Position numbers and translations under genes: made by a program
Origin: Azolla caroliniana
Taxonomy: Eukaryota > Plantae > Polypodiophyta
Length of the DNA: 64,000 nt
Direction: 5' to 3'
Assembly (NCBI GenBank): GCA_043228905.1
Contig: JBHGNT010000002.1
Coordinates: forward strand, 1,736,001 to 1,800,000
Shown here: one piece after another, positions 13,837 through 24,685 of the stretch
How the letters are laid out: each line of letters opens with the position of its first letter
How positions within the stretch are numbered: position 1 is the first letter of the stretch
The notes under the pieces: model-generated
What the model was told of the DNA's origin: nothing
Database searches by the model: none
The model's input: the letters and a program-made list of their open reading frames with translations, nothing else

Positions 13837-15852
13837 TCAACAGCTGCCGAGAGATAGATAAGTAGACGAGCCAAAGCTAGAGGCCAGTGTTTGTATTACC
13901 CAATTTGCAACTTCTTTTTCCTCCCCAAACTTACCTTCCTCGAGACACTTTCGTACCTCAAATGAGAGGCTTTCAAACATAGACGTTGGTTCATACCGCA
14001 TACTCCTCAGAACATCCGACACCATCTCCCCATCGCTTACCTTAACCACAACAGGATCCACATCCACACCCGGACGGCCACGAAAAATATGAACCACGGG
14101 TGGTGCCCCGAACAGATTGTGGGACCCACCCAATGCCTCCTGATATGCCCCTCCAAGGAACATACCCAAATAGTAGGGCTTCCCTTCCTCCAAAGCATGC
14201 AGGTTTAAGTAGTTCTTCCTCCTCTTCTTCCCATCATGGCTAACAAATTCCGTTACCTTCCCATCACTATCACAGGTGAGGTCAGATAGTATGGCTCTCA
14301 TAACAGGCTGCTCTTTCAGCCTATGGAGAGGGACTATCGGAAATAGTTGCCCAATTGCCCATGTGTCTGGCATCGACTTGAAGACGGAGAGATTCATTTG
14401 ATAGACGGCATTATGGCTACTCTCTTTGGCCAAAGCGTTCTGCGAGAACATCGTTTCATGCTTCTTTTCTTCTATGTAAGCCATGGAGGCTTCATAGAAG
14501 GTGTTGACCGAGGCAAGCTGTGTTAGGCTCAAGTACCCTTGCTTGAACAAACTTAGGCTAGAAGCTTTCATTTGTGAGGCATATTCCTCAGCTTGGGCAT
14601 GCTGATTGGAATAGAGTGAATGACCAAGGCCCCGACGTAGGCAGCCCAAATCTTCAGGAAGGCTTGGGTCTTCCATCTGGAAAGGCACTCCTTTCTCACC
14701 CTCCACATATCCAGAGCTTGCTCGGGTTGAGACCACATCGAAGACGAGAACCGAATGGTGTGAAACCAAAGCTCGCCCACTTTCACTGCATACTATGGGT
14801 TGTCTCACGCATTTGAGCATGCATGCCTTCTTCAAAGCGAAAACAACCTCATTAGCATACTCTTCTATGGTGTACCCAACCGACATATCTGAATCTTCGC
14901 AGGTAGAGCCATCGTAATCGATCCCGAGACCTCCACCAATGTCGATATATTGCAGGTGGGTAGCTCCCATCAAGCTTAGTTCGCAATAGATATGTGCAGC
15001 CTCCGTGACCCCTTCATTGAGTACAGAAAGAGCAGGTATTTGAGATCCAATGTGGAAATGGAGTAATCGAAGGCAATGAAGCATCCGGTATTGTTTGAGT
15101 TTATGGAAAACTCCCACAATCTGCGAGCAAGAGAGACCAAACTTCCCATTCTCACCTGAAGTCCCACCAAAGTGTCCATCATGCCTGGTATTGAGCTTCG
15201 CCCGAAGGCCGATTAAAGGGGGTTCGAACCCAAGCTTTCGGCTAACTTTCATGACAATCTCCAATTCTTCTTCTTGCTCTAGCACAATAATGCAATTCAA
15301 CCCAATCTTGCCCGCGATGAGAGCGAGTGCAATGTAATCCGCATCTTTGTATCCATTACAGACAAGGAGAGTATTGGGGTTGCTTATATTAGCCTTGGAA
15401 AGGCAACCCATGGCTAATATAAGCTCAGGTTTCGAACCTGCCTCGAGCCCGAACGAGTAAGGCTTCCCAAACTCTACAATATTCTCTACTATGAACCTAT
15501 CTTGGTTGCACTTAACAGGGAAAACACCTTGGTAATGGCTATGGTAATTAAGAGCTTTGATACTGGTCTCAAAAGCAGAGTGAAGACTGTACAACCTATG
15601 CTTGAGGACATCGGGAAACCTTAAGATGAGAGGGAAACTCAGATTCTCACCTTGCGAATCCATGAGAGATTTGATGATATCAATTTCTTCGTGGGGTTCG
15701 GTGTCAGGGCCAAAGGGGCAAACTGCTACATTGCCAGTCGAATTGATCGTAAAGTAAGGGTAACCCCAAGAGTCTATTTTGTACAGAGTAGAGGATTTTG
15801 AAGCAGACCATGGAAACGAGCACGAAGAAGAAGCATATGGAATCGGAGCCAT
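13837..15852 (-). CDS. ADC: Arginine decarboxylase (PLP-dependent, plant/SpeA type), 671 aa, intronless
   Basis: Uninterrupted ORF with LYKIDSWGYPYF, the PLP-lysine motif YQGVFPVKCNQ, GLEAGSKPEL, CNGYKD, GKFGL, HFHIGSQIP, DIGGGLGIDYDG, CSESGRA, SDLTCDSDG and GAYQEALGGSHNLFG. Confidence 0.97.
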   Translation of the reverse strand: MAPIPYASSSCSFPWSASKSSTLYKIDSWGYPYFTINSTGNVAVCPFGPDTEPHEEIDIIKSLMDSQGENLSFPLILRFPDVLKHRLYSLHSAFETSIKALNYHSHYQGVFPVKCNQDRFIVENIVEFGKPYSFGLEAGSKPELILAMGCLSKANISNPNTLLVCNGYKDADYIALALIAGKIGLNCIIVLEQEEELEIVMKVSRKLGFEPPLIGLRAKLNTRHDGHFGGTSGENGKFGLSCSQIVGVFHKLKQYRMLHCLRLLHFHIGSQIPALSVLNEGVTEAAHIYCELSLMGATHLQYIDIGGGLGIDYDGSTCEDSDMSVGYTIEEYANEVVFALKKACMLKCVRQPIVCSESGRALVSHHSVLVFDVVSTRASSGYVEGEKGVPFQMEDPSLPEDLGCLRRGLGHSLYSNQHAQAEEYASQMKASSLSLFKQGYLSLTQLASVNTFYEASMAYIEEKKHETMFSQNALAKESSHNAVYQMNLSVFKSMPDTWAIGQLFPIVPLHRLKEQPVMRAILSDLTCDSDGKVTEFVSHDGKKRRKNYLNLHALEEGKPYYLGMFLGGAYQEALGGSHNLFGAPPVVHIFRGRPGVDVDPVVVKVSDGEMVSDVLRSMRYEPTSMFESLSFEVRKCLEEGKFGEEKEVANWVIQTLASSFGSSTYLSLGSC

Positions 15853-15924
15853 TTCTTTTCTTCCTTGTCTTCGCGGGGAGGTCGAGGATACGGAAGAGAA
15901 GGGTTCTTTTGGCCGCAGGGCGCG

Positions 15925-15944
15925 GCCGAGGCCGGAGCCTCGAC
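15925..15944 (-). promoter_or_regulatory. ADC-box-like GC-rich 5'UTR hairpin (putative translational repressor)
   Basis: The mRNA strand reads GUCGAGGC-UCCG-GCCUCGGC: an 8-bp stem (one G-U pair) closed by a cUNCGg tetraloop, 73-92 nt upstream of the ADC ATG. It resembles the conserved ADC-box of land-plant ADC leaders as I recall it. Confidence 0.75.
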
Positions 15945-16321
15945 TCGATCTTTGCCGAATCGATTTTCGGTGAAGAAACAGAGAGGAGGAAAGGGAGGGA
16001 GAAGGGAGAACAGCACAGAGACAGAACAGAACAGAGACAGAGACAGAGACAGAGAAGAAGAAGAAGAAGAAGAAGAAGAAGAAAGATGCAGAATCTCAAC
16101 CGGAAGAAGAGAGACAGAGACAGAGGCACAAGCAGAGGCAGAGTTTGCGTTTGCGTTTGCGTTTTTGCGTTTGTGGTGGTCTATTTTTTGTTTCAAGCCA
16201 AAAATATCGATTCCCTCCTAAAGGCTATTTTCTTTTACCCCAACCATCGCCATCACCATCATGGCATCACCATGACCATGGGCATGTCATGTATGTTCAC
16301 ACATCCCACCATCACCATGAC

Positions 16322-17193
16322 CATAGATTGAGCCATGCGTGATATTCTTGAGATTCGACATCCGTAATATTCGTGGTATTCGAGAATAGAAAATGGCCCT
16401 AAGAATATTATAAAACCATTCGTTTACATATACATATACACACATACATACATACACATACATATATACACACATACACAAACATATATATACATATATA
16501 CACACACATACATAGATACATATATACACATACATATATACATATACACACACATACATATATGTGTACACAGACATACATCAATAATTAATTAACTCAT
16601 TAATATAATGATTAATTTACTATTAACTAATTAATTCACTTAAACATTAATTGATTCACTAATACATTAATTAATTTACAAATACATATCTTAATTCATT
16701 AACACATTAATTAATTCATTGGAAAATATTAGTTAATTAATTAATAATCAATTAATGCATTAATAATTAATTAATTAGGGCTTTGGCAAAACTTAGGGTT
16801 TCAGTGAAACTCTGAATTTGTAGCGGACAACAGGATGTAGGATTAGGTAGAGCATGAGAGGGAGTCGATGACGCAGGCCGAAAAGAAGAAATTTTGTCGA
16901 AATTAGGATTATGACAGAAATTAGGGTTTTCTGTCGAAACCCTAATTTCTGGCCGAGAACAGGATATAGAGGGAAGCGAGGGTGTAAGTAGCACGCAGAG
17001 GGAGTAGGGTGAGGCGTCTTTGCTTCCTGTTGGCCACTGTTCACTCGCTCGTAAATAAAACACAATTTTATTTATTTTTTTATTTTTTTATTTTCAAAAA
17101 AAAGAAGAAAACGAATATATTTACGTGTATTCGTATTCCTATTCGTATGGATTCGTGGGGCAGGCCCCACGAATGCGAATATTTCAATCTATG
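16322..17193. mobile_element. Non-autonomous hAT element in the ADC upstream region
   Basis: 10-bp perfect TIR CATAGATTGA/TCAATCTATG with an exact 8-bp TSD ACCATGAC (16314-16321, 17194-17201). Interior has ATTCG subterminal repeats, a (TA/CA)n tract and TTAA-rich repeats. Confidence 0.8.
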
Positions 17194-18594
17194 ACCATGA
17201 CCATGGCCATGCCATGTATGCTCGCACAACCCACCATCATCGCCACCATGTTATGTACACATGTCCGCACAACCCAATGGCCATATCCGCATATGACTCT
17301 CTCCCATTGCCCCATGTGTCTCACAAACACATATCCACGATACAATCCTTACGTGATCACACCAACCTTTGTCTTGTATCCTCTGGCCCTCCAGAGTCAC
17401 ACCCATGTTATGCACACAATCAGGTCGTCTGGTGCACTTGCAATTGAATGCTTGTAATGAAGTTCCTTGGGTGGTCCTCCTTTACCCTTGCCTTGTATGC
17501 TCTCTCCTCTCACAAATTCATGATCCATATAACAACATTGTCGCATCGTCTTTGTGACCCAATATCTGAAACAAGTTCCTCCCATGGTTATGCCTACTTT
17601 TGTCTGGTTAGCTCTATTCGTACTCAAACGTCTTTTTATAAGTGATGATCTTGGTTACATTTTTCCTCTTCAAATATTTGCATGGAATCCTCCACACATG
17701 GATTCACTTATTGTTCCAAAAGCAATTAGATTCGTTGGCCTATGTCAAGGATCCTTACTTTGGCATCAAAGTCTAGAATCGAGGTCCCTTGTTCATATAG
17801 CAATAATAACAATTGCTTCATTATCAATGCTCATAATACAACTTCGTTTCTTTTTTTGAAGATTCACCTTGGTATTAATGGAAAGATGTGGCTACAAATA
17901 ACTCATACATGAAAACGCAATCATTATACCCACATCAACCAACATGTCGAATAGCAAAAGCCCTCACACAACTACCTTAACAATTGCATTTACACATCTA
18001 AAATCTGGATCCTTCCATGATGGGGGGACAGAAAAAAAAAACCACCTAGGTGGAGCATTATCAAGGCTCATAATACAACTCTAATCAATCAAAATACTTA
18101 TTAGTTGATATCTTCGCTTATATTTGTTGATATAAACACTTCACTAGAGAAAATCAACGTAGAGAAACATACGTCACTGCATAGATAAGGGTAATCATTA
18201 TGGAATCATGGTTTTATATACATGTGGTTGGTAACAATTCACTACATTTAGTTGGTCGTTGAAATTCTAACAAGGGAAGTGCCTCCCTCTCAAAATGACT
18301 AGTCCTAAAGCCAACAGCCAAGGCATCAATGTATTATGAATCCATGCTTGATAAGGCATCCCCTTTCCTCCTTCCAAAGTTGGGTTGGAGTTATACTCAA
18401 TAGTTGGTGGCAAGGGGCACACCAAATTACTTGTGTAGTTAGATAAAAGCACTCTTTAGGATTATTGTGAATTCGTTCTAATATATGTCCAATTCTATGT
18501 ACTTCGTAGTTGTTTTCCAATTTCATGATCGTGTTGCTTTTCGCTTCTTAAAAGAACATGGGATATATTGTGTTGAGTTTAAATTACAATGACA

Positions 18595-19647
18595 CTTTTT
18601 TTTCCATAAAAATATCCTCCATTGGTATTAACATAAAATGGCCAAAGGCAATATACAAAAAAGTCCAGTATTACAAAGAAAATTGCAACATAATTAACTA
18701 GAAAACTATTGAACACTTGTGCAACTTTAACAATCTCAACCAGACTAGGCTCAAGATTTTTGGCCTTTATCACTGGAGTCTCTGCCACATCTATTGCTCA
18801 ACATTCCTTCACCTAGTTTCTGGTGGGCATATCCTGAAATAAGTGTGCTCCAACATGCAAGATCACAGATAGTGAGCTCACCAAATACTTCCTTGTCTTT
18901 CTCGACTTCACCACATTTTCCATACATGTCCATAAAAGCAATGCTAATCAAGATCACCCCTTCTAAAACAAATAGCTTCACCTACAGAAAATATCACCTC
19001 CTCCACCGTAGTCTTGCTCAATGCAAATATCGCATTCAGCGCTGCTTCCAAAAGTATCTTTTTAGGGCCACCATGACAGATAGGCCCATACACAATATTG
19101 CTTTCTGAACTAATTTTGAGTCTTTTCAAGATATGACATCATTGAACAACTGAATTACAGATGTTAAAACTAGTTTTCCTTTTGTCACCTCATTATTGCT
19201 GATAGAATCTACACCTATATATTGTTCATCACCATCAAAAAATAGAGGTAAACAACCCCGTAGACCAATATGATCAACTGCTTCCACTACAATTCCTGAT
19301 AGGAGAGGATTTCTTGACGTTCTCAAGTGAACCAAGCTTGATAGTATGTTTTTCATCTTGTTAATTGGAATTGTTGGCATGCCAGTCATACATTGCGCAA
19401 TAATATATCAAGTTGCACATACAACATCGTGAGCTTCTTCAAAACTTGTCAAAAAGCCTTCCTATTATCTCTTGTGTACTTGTATCAACATGTCCAACGA
19501 ATTGTCTCAACAAGCTTACTCTCCCAACATACATTTCTGCAAATTTCTTTGGTGACTGAGTAGCAACAACCAAGAATCCATTTGATGCCTTAACATGTAA
19601 ATCAACAGTTCCATTTAAGGCCATGGCATGTTCCAATAGCAACAAAA
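18595..19647 (-). pseudogene. Chimeric retrocopy: ECM29 (proteasome adaptor) fragment + PPR fragment + LINE-type 3' tail
   Basis: Minus-strand LLLEHAMALNGTVDLH, LSGIVVEAVDHIGLRGCLP and AIFALSKTTVEEVIFSVGEAICF are ECM29-like. They run directly into MDMYGKCGEVEKDKEVF..WSTLISGYAH (PLS-PPR), then the tail motif and oligo-A. TACAATGACA flanks both sides (18585-18594, 19648-19657). Confidence 0.7.
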
Positions 19648-20927
19648 TACAATGACATTCTTGATATGACATTATTGTCTTTCATTGGAATGGCTCCACA
19701 AATTCTATTCAGAACTTACATATTGTAACATGTTTGGTATACCTCTTTTTGTCAACGCTTCTCTTGCCCCCCTCAATATGGTATGTTTTCATCCTTGATG
19801 TATATTCCTACATGTCCCTCGATGCATCCTTGTATATTGACATTGTCCATGGTATCATATTTGTTTGGTTAGCCGACATCCTCACCCATTTCAATAAATA
19901 TTTCTTTCCATCACTACTATCAACTCTGAATTCTATTCCTTCTTGATCAATCTTGATTGTGTTAGACCCCAAAAGGATGTGTATTATTAAGGATTGTTAC
20001 CTCTTTTTCTGGCCCATTTGGAGGATAACCATACCATAAACTTTCCATGACCTACATAACACATATACTCATATAAGAAGCAACATTCGAGAAGGTTTTC
20101 ATTTCATGTTTTCATTGTCTAGAGATGGGAGGACAATAACGTCTCTCTCCTCGTGTCAACAATAAGACACAAGCCAAGTACAACAACAACTTTATAAAGA
20201 ACTCCTCCGTCCTGTCCAAAAAAATTACCATATCACACTAACTCGTTGATTTAGATAATATAAAGCATGTTGTTATTCTTGTTTTTGTTTTATACCAATG
20301 ACTCATTTCACTTTGGCACACGCGCATGATATCATGTACAAAGTTTTTTATTGGGTGTTGGTGACTTTTTTACACAATGCCTAGTTACCACTCTCATTAT
20401 GGCAATAACAACTATATTTGTAACTTATGTAATCAATATTTATAGTTAGTTTATATATTGTGCTTTATATAACACATAAGCAAGCAAAACATTACTTTTT
20501 ATGCCTTGTCCAAGTAAAGAAGAAAGCATATGTTGATATGTTTTGACCAAAGTTTTATAGTATTTTTTTAGATAGGCCTTGGAAGATGCTCCACGAGAGA
20601 GAGCTTAGCACACAATTATTCACCGTATATGTTTTCCATGTGTATGTTACATGCCTTGATAAAGTTTCTCTACCTTTTTCAACATGGCATGTGATAAAAT
20701 AACCCTTCGTTTTTTATCATGCCAATGTTGATTAGGTACATTATAGAAACGAAGATTAAAACTAAAACTAGGTAGTTACGCCCAAGACACTACTTTAAAA
20801 AGGAGGTTATGAATGTAAAGAATGGAGTGTGATTCTATGCAGCAGAATAGATTAAGGATGTGTGTTATGTGTGTGTGTGTGAAAGAGGAGAGAAGAGAGA
20901 GACAAGACAGATAGATGGGAAAATGAA

Positions 20928-21253
20928 GTACTCAAGATGTATGTATGTATTAACAAGAAGTGGAGAAAAATTACAACGATATGAGCATTACAAAGGAGAT
21001 TAACCAACACTTTACAAAGTAGGAGGGTGCTTTATATAAGGTCACCCTCTCTCTACACTCTCTTACTAAAACGCCCACTCTCTCTCTAGAACCTTTGGGA
21101 ATATGGAGACTCATTAGTTATGTGTCATAGAATATGATTCTATGACACATAGTTAACATTTAGAAAGTAGTAGTGACATTTGACCTTTGAGTGCTCATAG
21201 ATTCTCAAAAGGTGTGTTCACACACTAGACTAAGTTGAGCTTGATTCTCAACA
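20928..21253 (-). mobile_element. Probable solo LTR
   Basis: Minus strand begins TGTTGAGAAT like the other Copia LTRs in this window, has a TATA-like core, and is flanked by ATGAA on both sides (20923-20927, 21254-21258). The far end is not a clean CA. Confidence 0.45.
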
Positions 21254-21299
21254 ATGAATATGACATGTTTACTTCCATATCGATCCACATGATCCATGA

Positions 21300-21990
21300 A
21301 ACCAACAATCCCTTGCATTATACCCAATTATGTAATGGCAATTTCTAAAAGGACAGACCAAAACTAGAGCTAAACTGAAAGCTGGAATAAAAAACCGAGC
21401 TTGTTTCCTAGTTTTAGTAATTGGACATTCCATGATTTTGGTTTTGTGGTCAAGAATATGAGCAAAGAGCATTACAAGTGTTATCCACAATAGTTCTCTC
21501 CTCATTTGGAGTTACGGAAAGCCAATACAACCTTGTCTCACTTAGATATTCCATGAGTTTTTTTTGTGGTTGATTGAAGAGCTTTTTCTAAGGTTGTTCG
21601 TGATCATTCTCTCGTTGTTAAGAGTTATTGAAAGCTAGCACAACTTCATTTCACTTGGATCTTCAACTTGTTTGGTTTTCTTGTTGAGACAAACAAACTT
21701 AGAGCATTCCTAGTGTTGTCCACGATTATTGAAAGTTTGGACAACATTGCCTCCTTTGGATCTTCCATGAGTTTGGTTTTGTGGTTGAAGAAAATGAGCT
21801 AAGAGCATTCCTAGTGTTGTTCTCAATATTATTGTCCTTGTCGAGAGTTATTGAAAGCTAGTACAACCTTGTTTCGCTTGGATCTCTTTGCAAGTTTGAT
21901 TTCGTGGAAGAGCAAAGCACACTCATGGTATTGTACATGATAGTTCTCTCCTCATCAAGAGCTACTGGAAGGTAGTATAATCTTGTCAAA
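21300..21990. repeat. Degenerate tandem repeat, unit ~105 bp
   Basis: Recurrent motifs: agagcatt.c.agtgtt.tcc, gagttattgaaagct, acaaccttgt.tcacttggat. Confidence 0.55.
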
Positions 21991-23059
21991 ATGATTGAAA
22001 ATCGTGCTTGATGATCTCATATGTGAGGCATTCCAATTTGACATCTTCTTATGTTTTTGTTATATTTAGATAATTTATAGGTCACATGTTATTCTTTTAT
22101 ACTCAATATTCAACCAACTCCCAAAATTTATTTTCAATTCACAAGAGCATATGCCCATTATTGTGAGATACGTCTCACTTGCCCCTCCATAAGTGTTAGG
22201 ACTTGATAGAGCATGACCCTATGTCAATAACCACCAATACTTTTCCCCATATCGAGGATTGATGGGATTGTAATAGTACTTGAACTCAAAACTTTGTTGG
22301 GTTTCCAACGTGGATAAATGAGTAAAAGATGGGCTCATGGTCTATTGCCTCTTCCTTTTTTCTATGTACAAACTCGAATACGCTTTAACATTCTATATTG
22401 CAAACCATTTATTTGTGCCATGGACATGGTTGGAACTTGGATCAAAGAAAAGTGCTTTTGTGGATTTTTATGTGGTAAGCATCCAATTCCCATGTGAACT
22501 CATGAAGGTAATTTCAAGGCATTTTCCTTACTTTCATGGCAGAGTTGGAGATAGAGACATAGGGAACATAATATGAACTAACTTCACTCACAAAACTTAT
22601 TGAGGCTTCTGAGAGACCATACCAGAGAAAGTTGGCTTTAGGACTATTGTATATTCCTTTTGTCTTTCTCGCGCACTATGTATTTGTTAGTGTTAGTGAG
22701 GTTTGAAGACCTTGTAATGGAGTGCAAAGGTTGAAAAGCCCAACACTTACACAAATCTATTTGAAACATATGTCGTCCCAAAATAAAGACACATAAAAAT
22801 TGATGAATATGTGTTGAATGCTAATAAATTAAAAGGAAAACATAAAACTTGCTCCTCTTATAGAATCCCCATAGTACTTTCAATAGTATCAAAATAAACT
22901 CTTGATCAAAATGCAACCGATAATGCTAGTTTCTCCTAAGATTCAGTGCTTAATGTGAGACAAAATTCCCACTTTCTATTATTATTAAGGATGTCTCATA
23001 CTATATTTATCATATGTTTAAAACTAAAAAAAAGACACTTTAGATTTCAGTCTTCAAAT

Positions 23060-23618
23060 TAACAATCGGCAATGGTTCGAGAGGGTCAAAACCGAACTGT
23101 TTAAGTTTTTTGAAACCTGAACCGAACCATTACAAAAAATTCAAACCATTAAGCCATTAAACCGACAAAACCACGGTTTCGGTTTTCAGCTTAGATCAAA
23201 ATTTAAAAATTTTAAAAATTTAAAAATTTTCCTAAAATGTGAGAATAAGGCATGAACGTTTAATTTTTTTGAAACTTGAACTGAACTAAACCACAAAACC
23301 GTAAAACTGAACCATTAAATTTTTTTCAAACCGTTAAGCCATTAAACTGATAAAACCGCGGTTTCGTGGTTAGGTTTCGGTTTTTAGCTTAGGTCAAAAT
23401 TTTAAAATTTTAAAATTTTCATTATTTAAATTTCAAAAGTTTAAAGATTTTCCTAAAATGTGAGAATAAGACATGAAAATGAAAAGATTGTTTAAAAACA
23501 ATTTAAATGTTTTTTTTAAATAACAAAAAATAAAAACCCGTTAAATCGTTGAAACAGAACCGTTAAGCCGTGGTTTCGTGGTTTGGTTCGATTCAAACCA
23601 AACTGTTGCCGATTGTTA
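23060..23618. mobile_element. hAT-family MITE ~1.1 kb upstream of CPA
   Basis: 13-bp perfect TIR TAACAATCGGCAA, exact 8-bp TSD CTTCAAAT (23052-23059, 23619-23626), internal AAACCG repeats and an internal duplication. Confidence 0.88.
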
Positions 23619-24685
23619 CTTCAAATAACACGTATCCTTCTTGATTGTTAAATTGAAGCATACGATGCTTTGATAAATGCAGCAAACTTCACACCCTTGT
23701 TACGAGCCTCCATTGTTCAAATGAGAGCTTCAACTTAACAATAAATTTGAGCCACAAATCAAGAGGAAATTTTAAGTAAAAGTAGTGAGCCTTGATTTAA
23801 AAAAGTTGCCACCTCGGGGATATCTCCTGGTGGTAAATAATGAAAAGGTAGCCCAGTAGAAATTGATTTCTTATTAAAACAAAGAGAGGGTTTCTTTGAG
23901 CTCTACTCATACAACATGTAGTTTCAGATGGATTCTAATAAGACAAGAGTCAAGACAAAGAACAAAAATCTTTAGGGAAAAGGACACTATAGACTCCAAT
24001 CACATAAAAAGCAACACCATGCGACACAAGAGAAAGAGTAGGATGTAAGAGTTTATGGGTTGGACACACACACAAGGTGTCATGAAGAAAGCGTGCATTT
24101 CAGGGGAAAGTAGCAAGCTGAACTCACACAAAGGGGCAACGCAAAGAATGTATTTAGAGAGTGTATTTTTAGCATCCATAGGGAGGCCATATATAGAGAG
24201 CGTATTGTTGGAAAGCTAGAGGCTTTAGCCAGTACAAACATGATTTCTCTCGGCCCTGAATGCCAAAATAGACCCCAAAACCCCGCCTTAGCAGCTATGA
24301 ACCACATCTTGTGATTTAGCACTGAAAAGCGGGATGTCGAGACATGAAGAAAGAGAGTGGTATTTCAGGGAGGCATATAGAAGGCGGGAGACAATGCAAC
24401 ACGAAGAAAAGAGTGAAGTTTTTTAGTAGGAGGTGGGAGCTATAGATAGAGAAGGCGCGGTGCCGGCCCTAGGAAAAGAGTGCGATTTTCTGGCAAAGTG
24501 CTAGCCGTGTCCGTGACTGCGCCCAAAGAATTGACAATATGTATTGCATGGGGTACCTACAGCTACTACCAAACAAAATGAATGAAGGGCCCTCTTGGAC
24601 TTCATTCAGCTCTGGGAAATGATTGATTTTTGTTCCCGAAACCACACACATTGGATTATGTGAAAACAAAAGAGATTATTTGGCT

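Noticed and set aside
13837-15852. Intronless ADC as a recent bacterial horizontal transfer or contaminant
   Set aside because: Plant ADC genes are normally intronless. The protein has plant-type motifs, an ADC-box-like leader and plant TE flanks, and the neighbouring CPA has eight spliceosomal introns.
15704-16577. Multiple 60-177 aa ORFs over the ADC leader and upstream region
   Set aside because: They are low-complexity translations of (GAA)n, (GAGACA)n and (TA/CA)n microsatellites, mostly with non-AUG starts.
17250-18580. Possible decayed coding sequence on the minus strand
   Set aside because: There are stops in all frames and no family could be recognised. It is probably TE debris.
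15853-24685. A hidden agmatine iminohydrolase between ADC and CPA
   Set aside because: I found no AIH-like motif (e.g. MPAEW, W.RD.GP, EGG, T.GH.D, GGG..HC.TQQ) in the ORF track or by reading. The interval resolves into TEs, repeats and pseudogene fragments.
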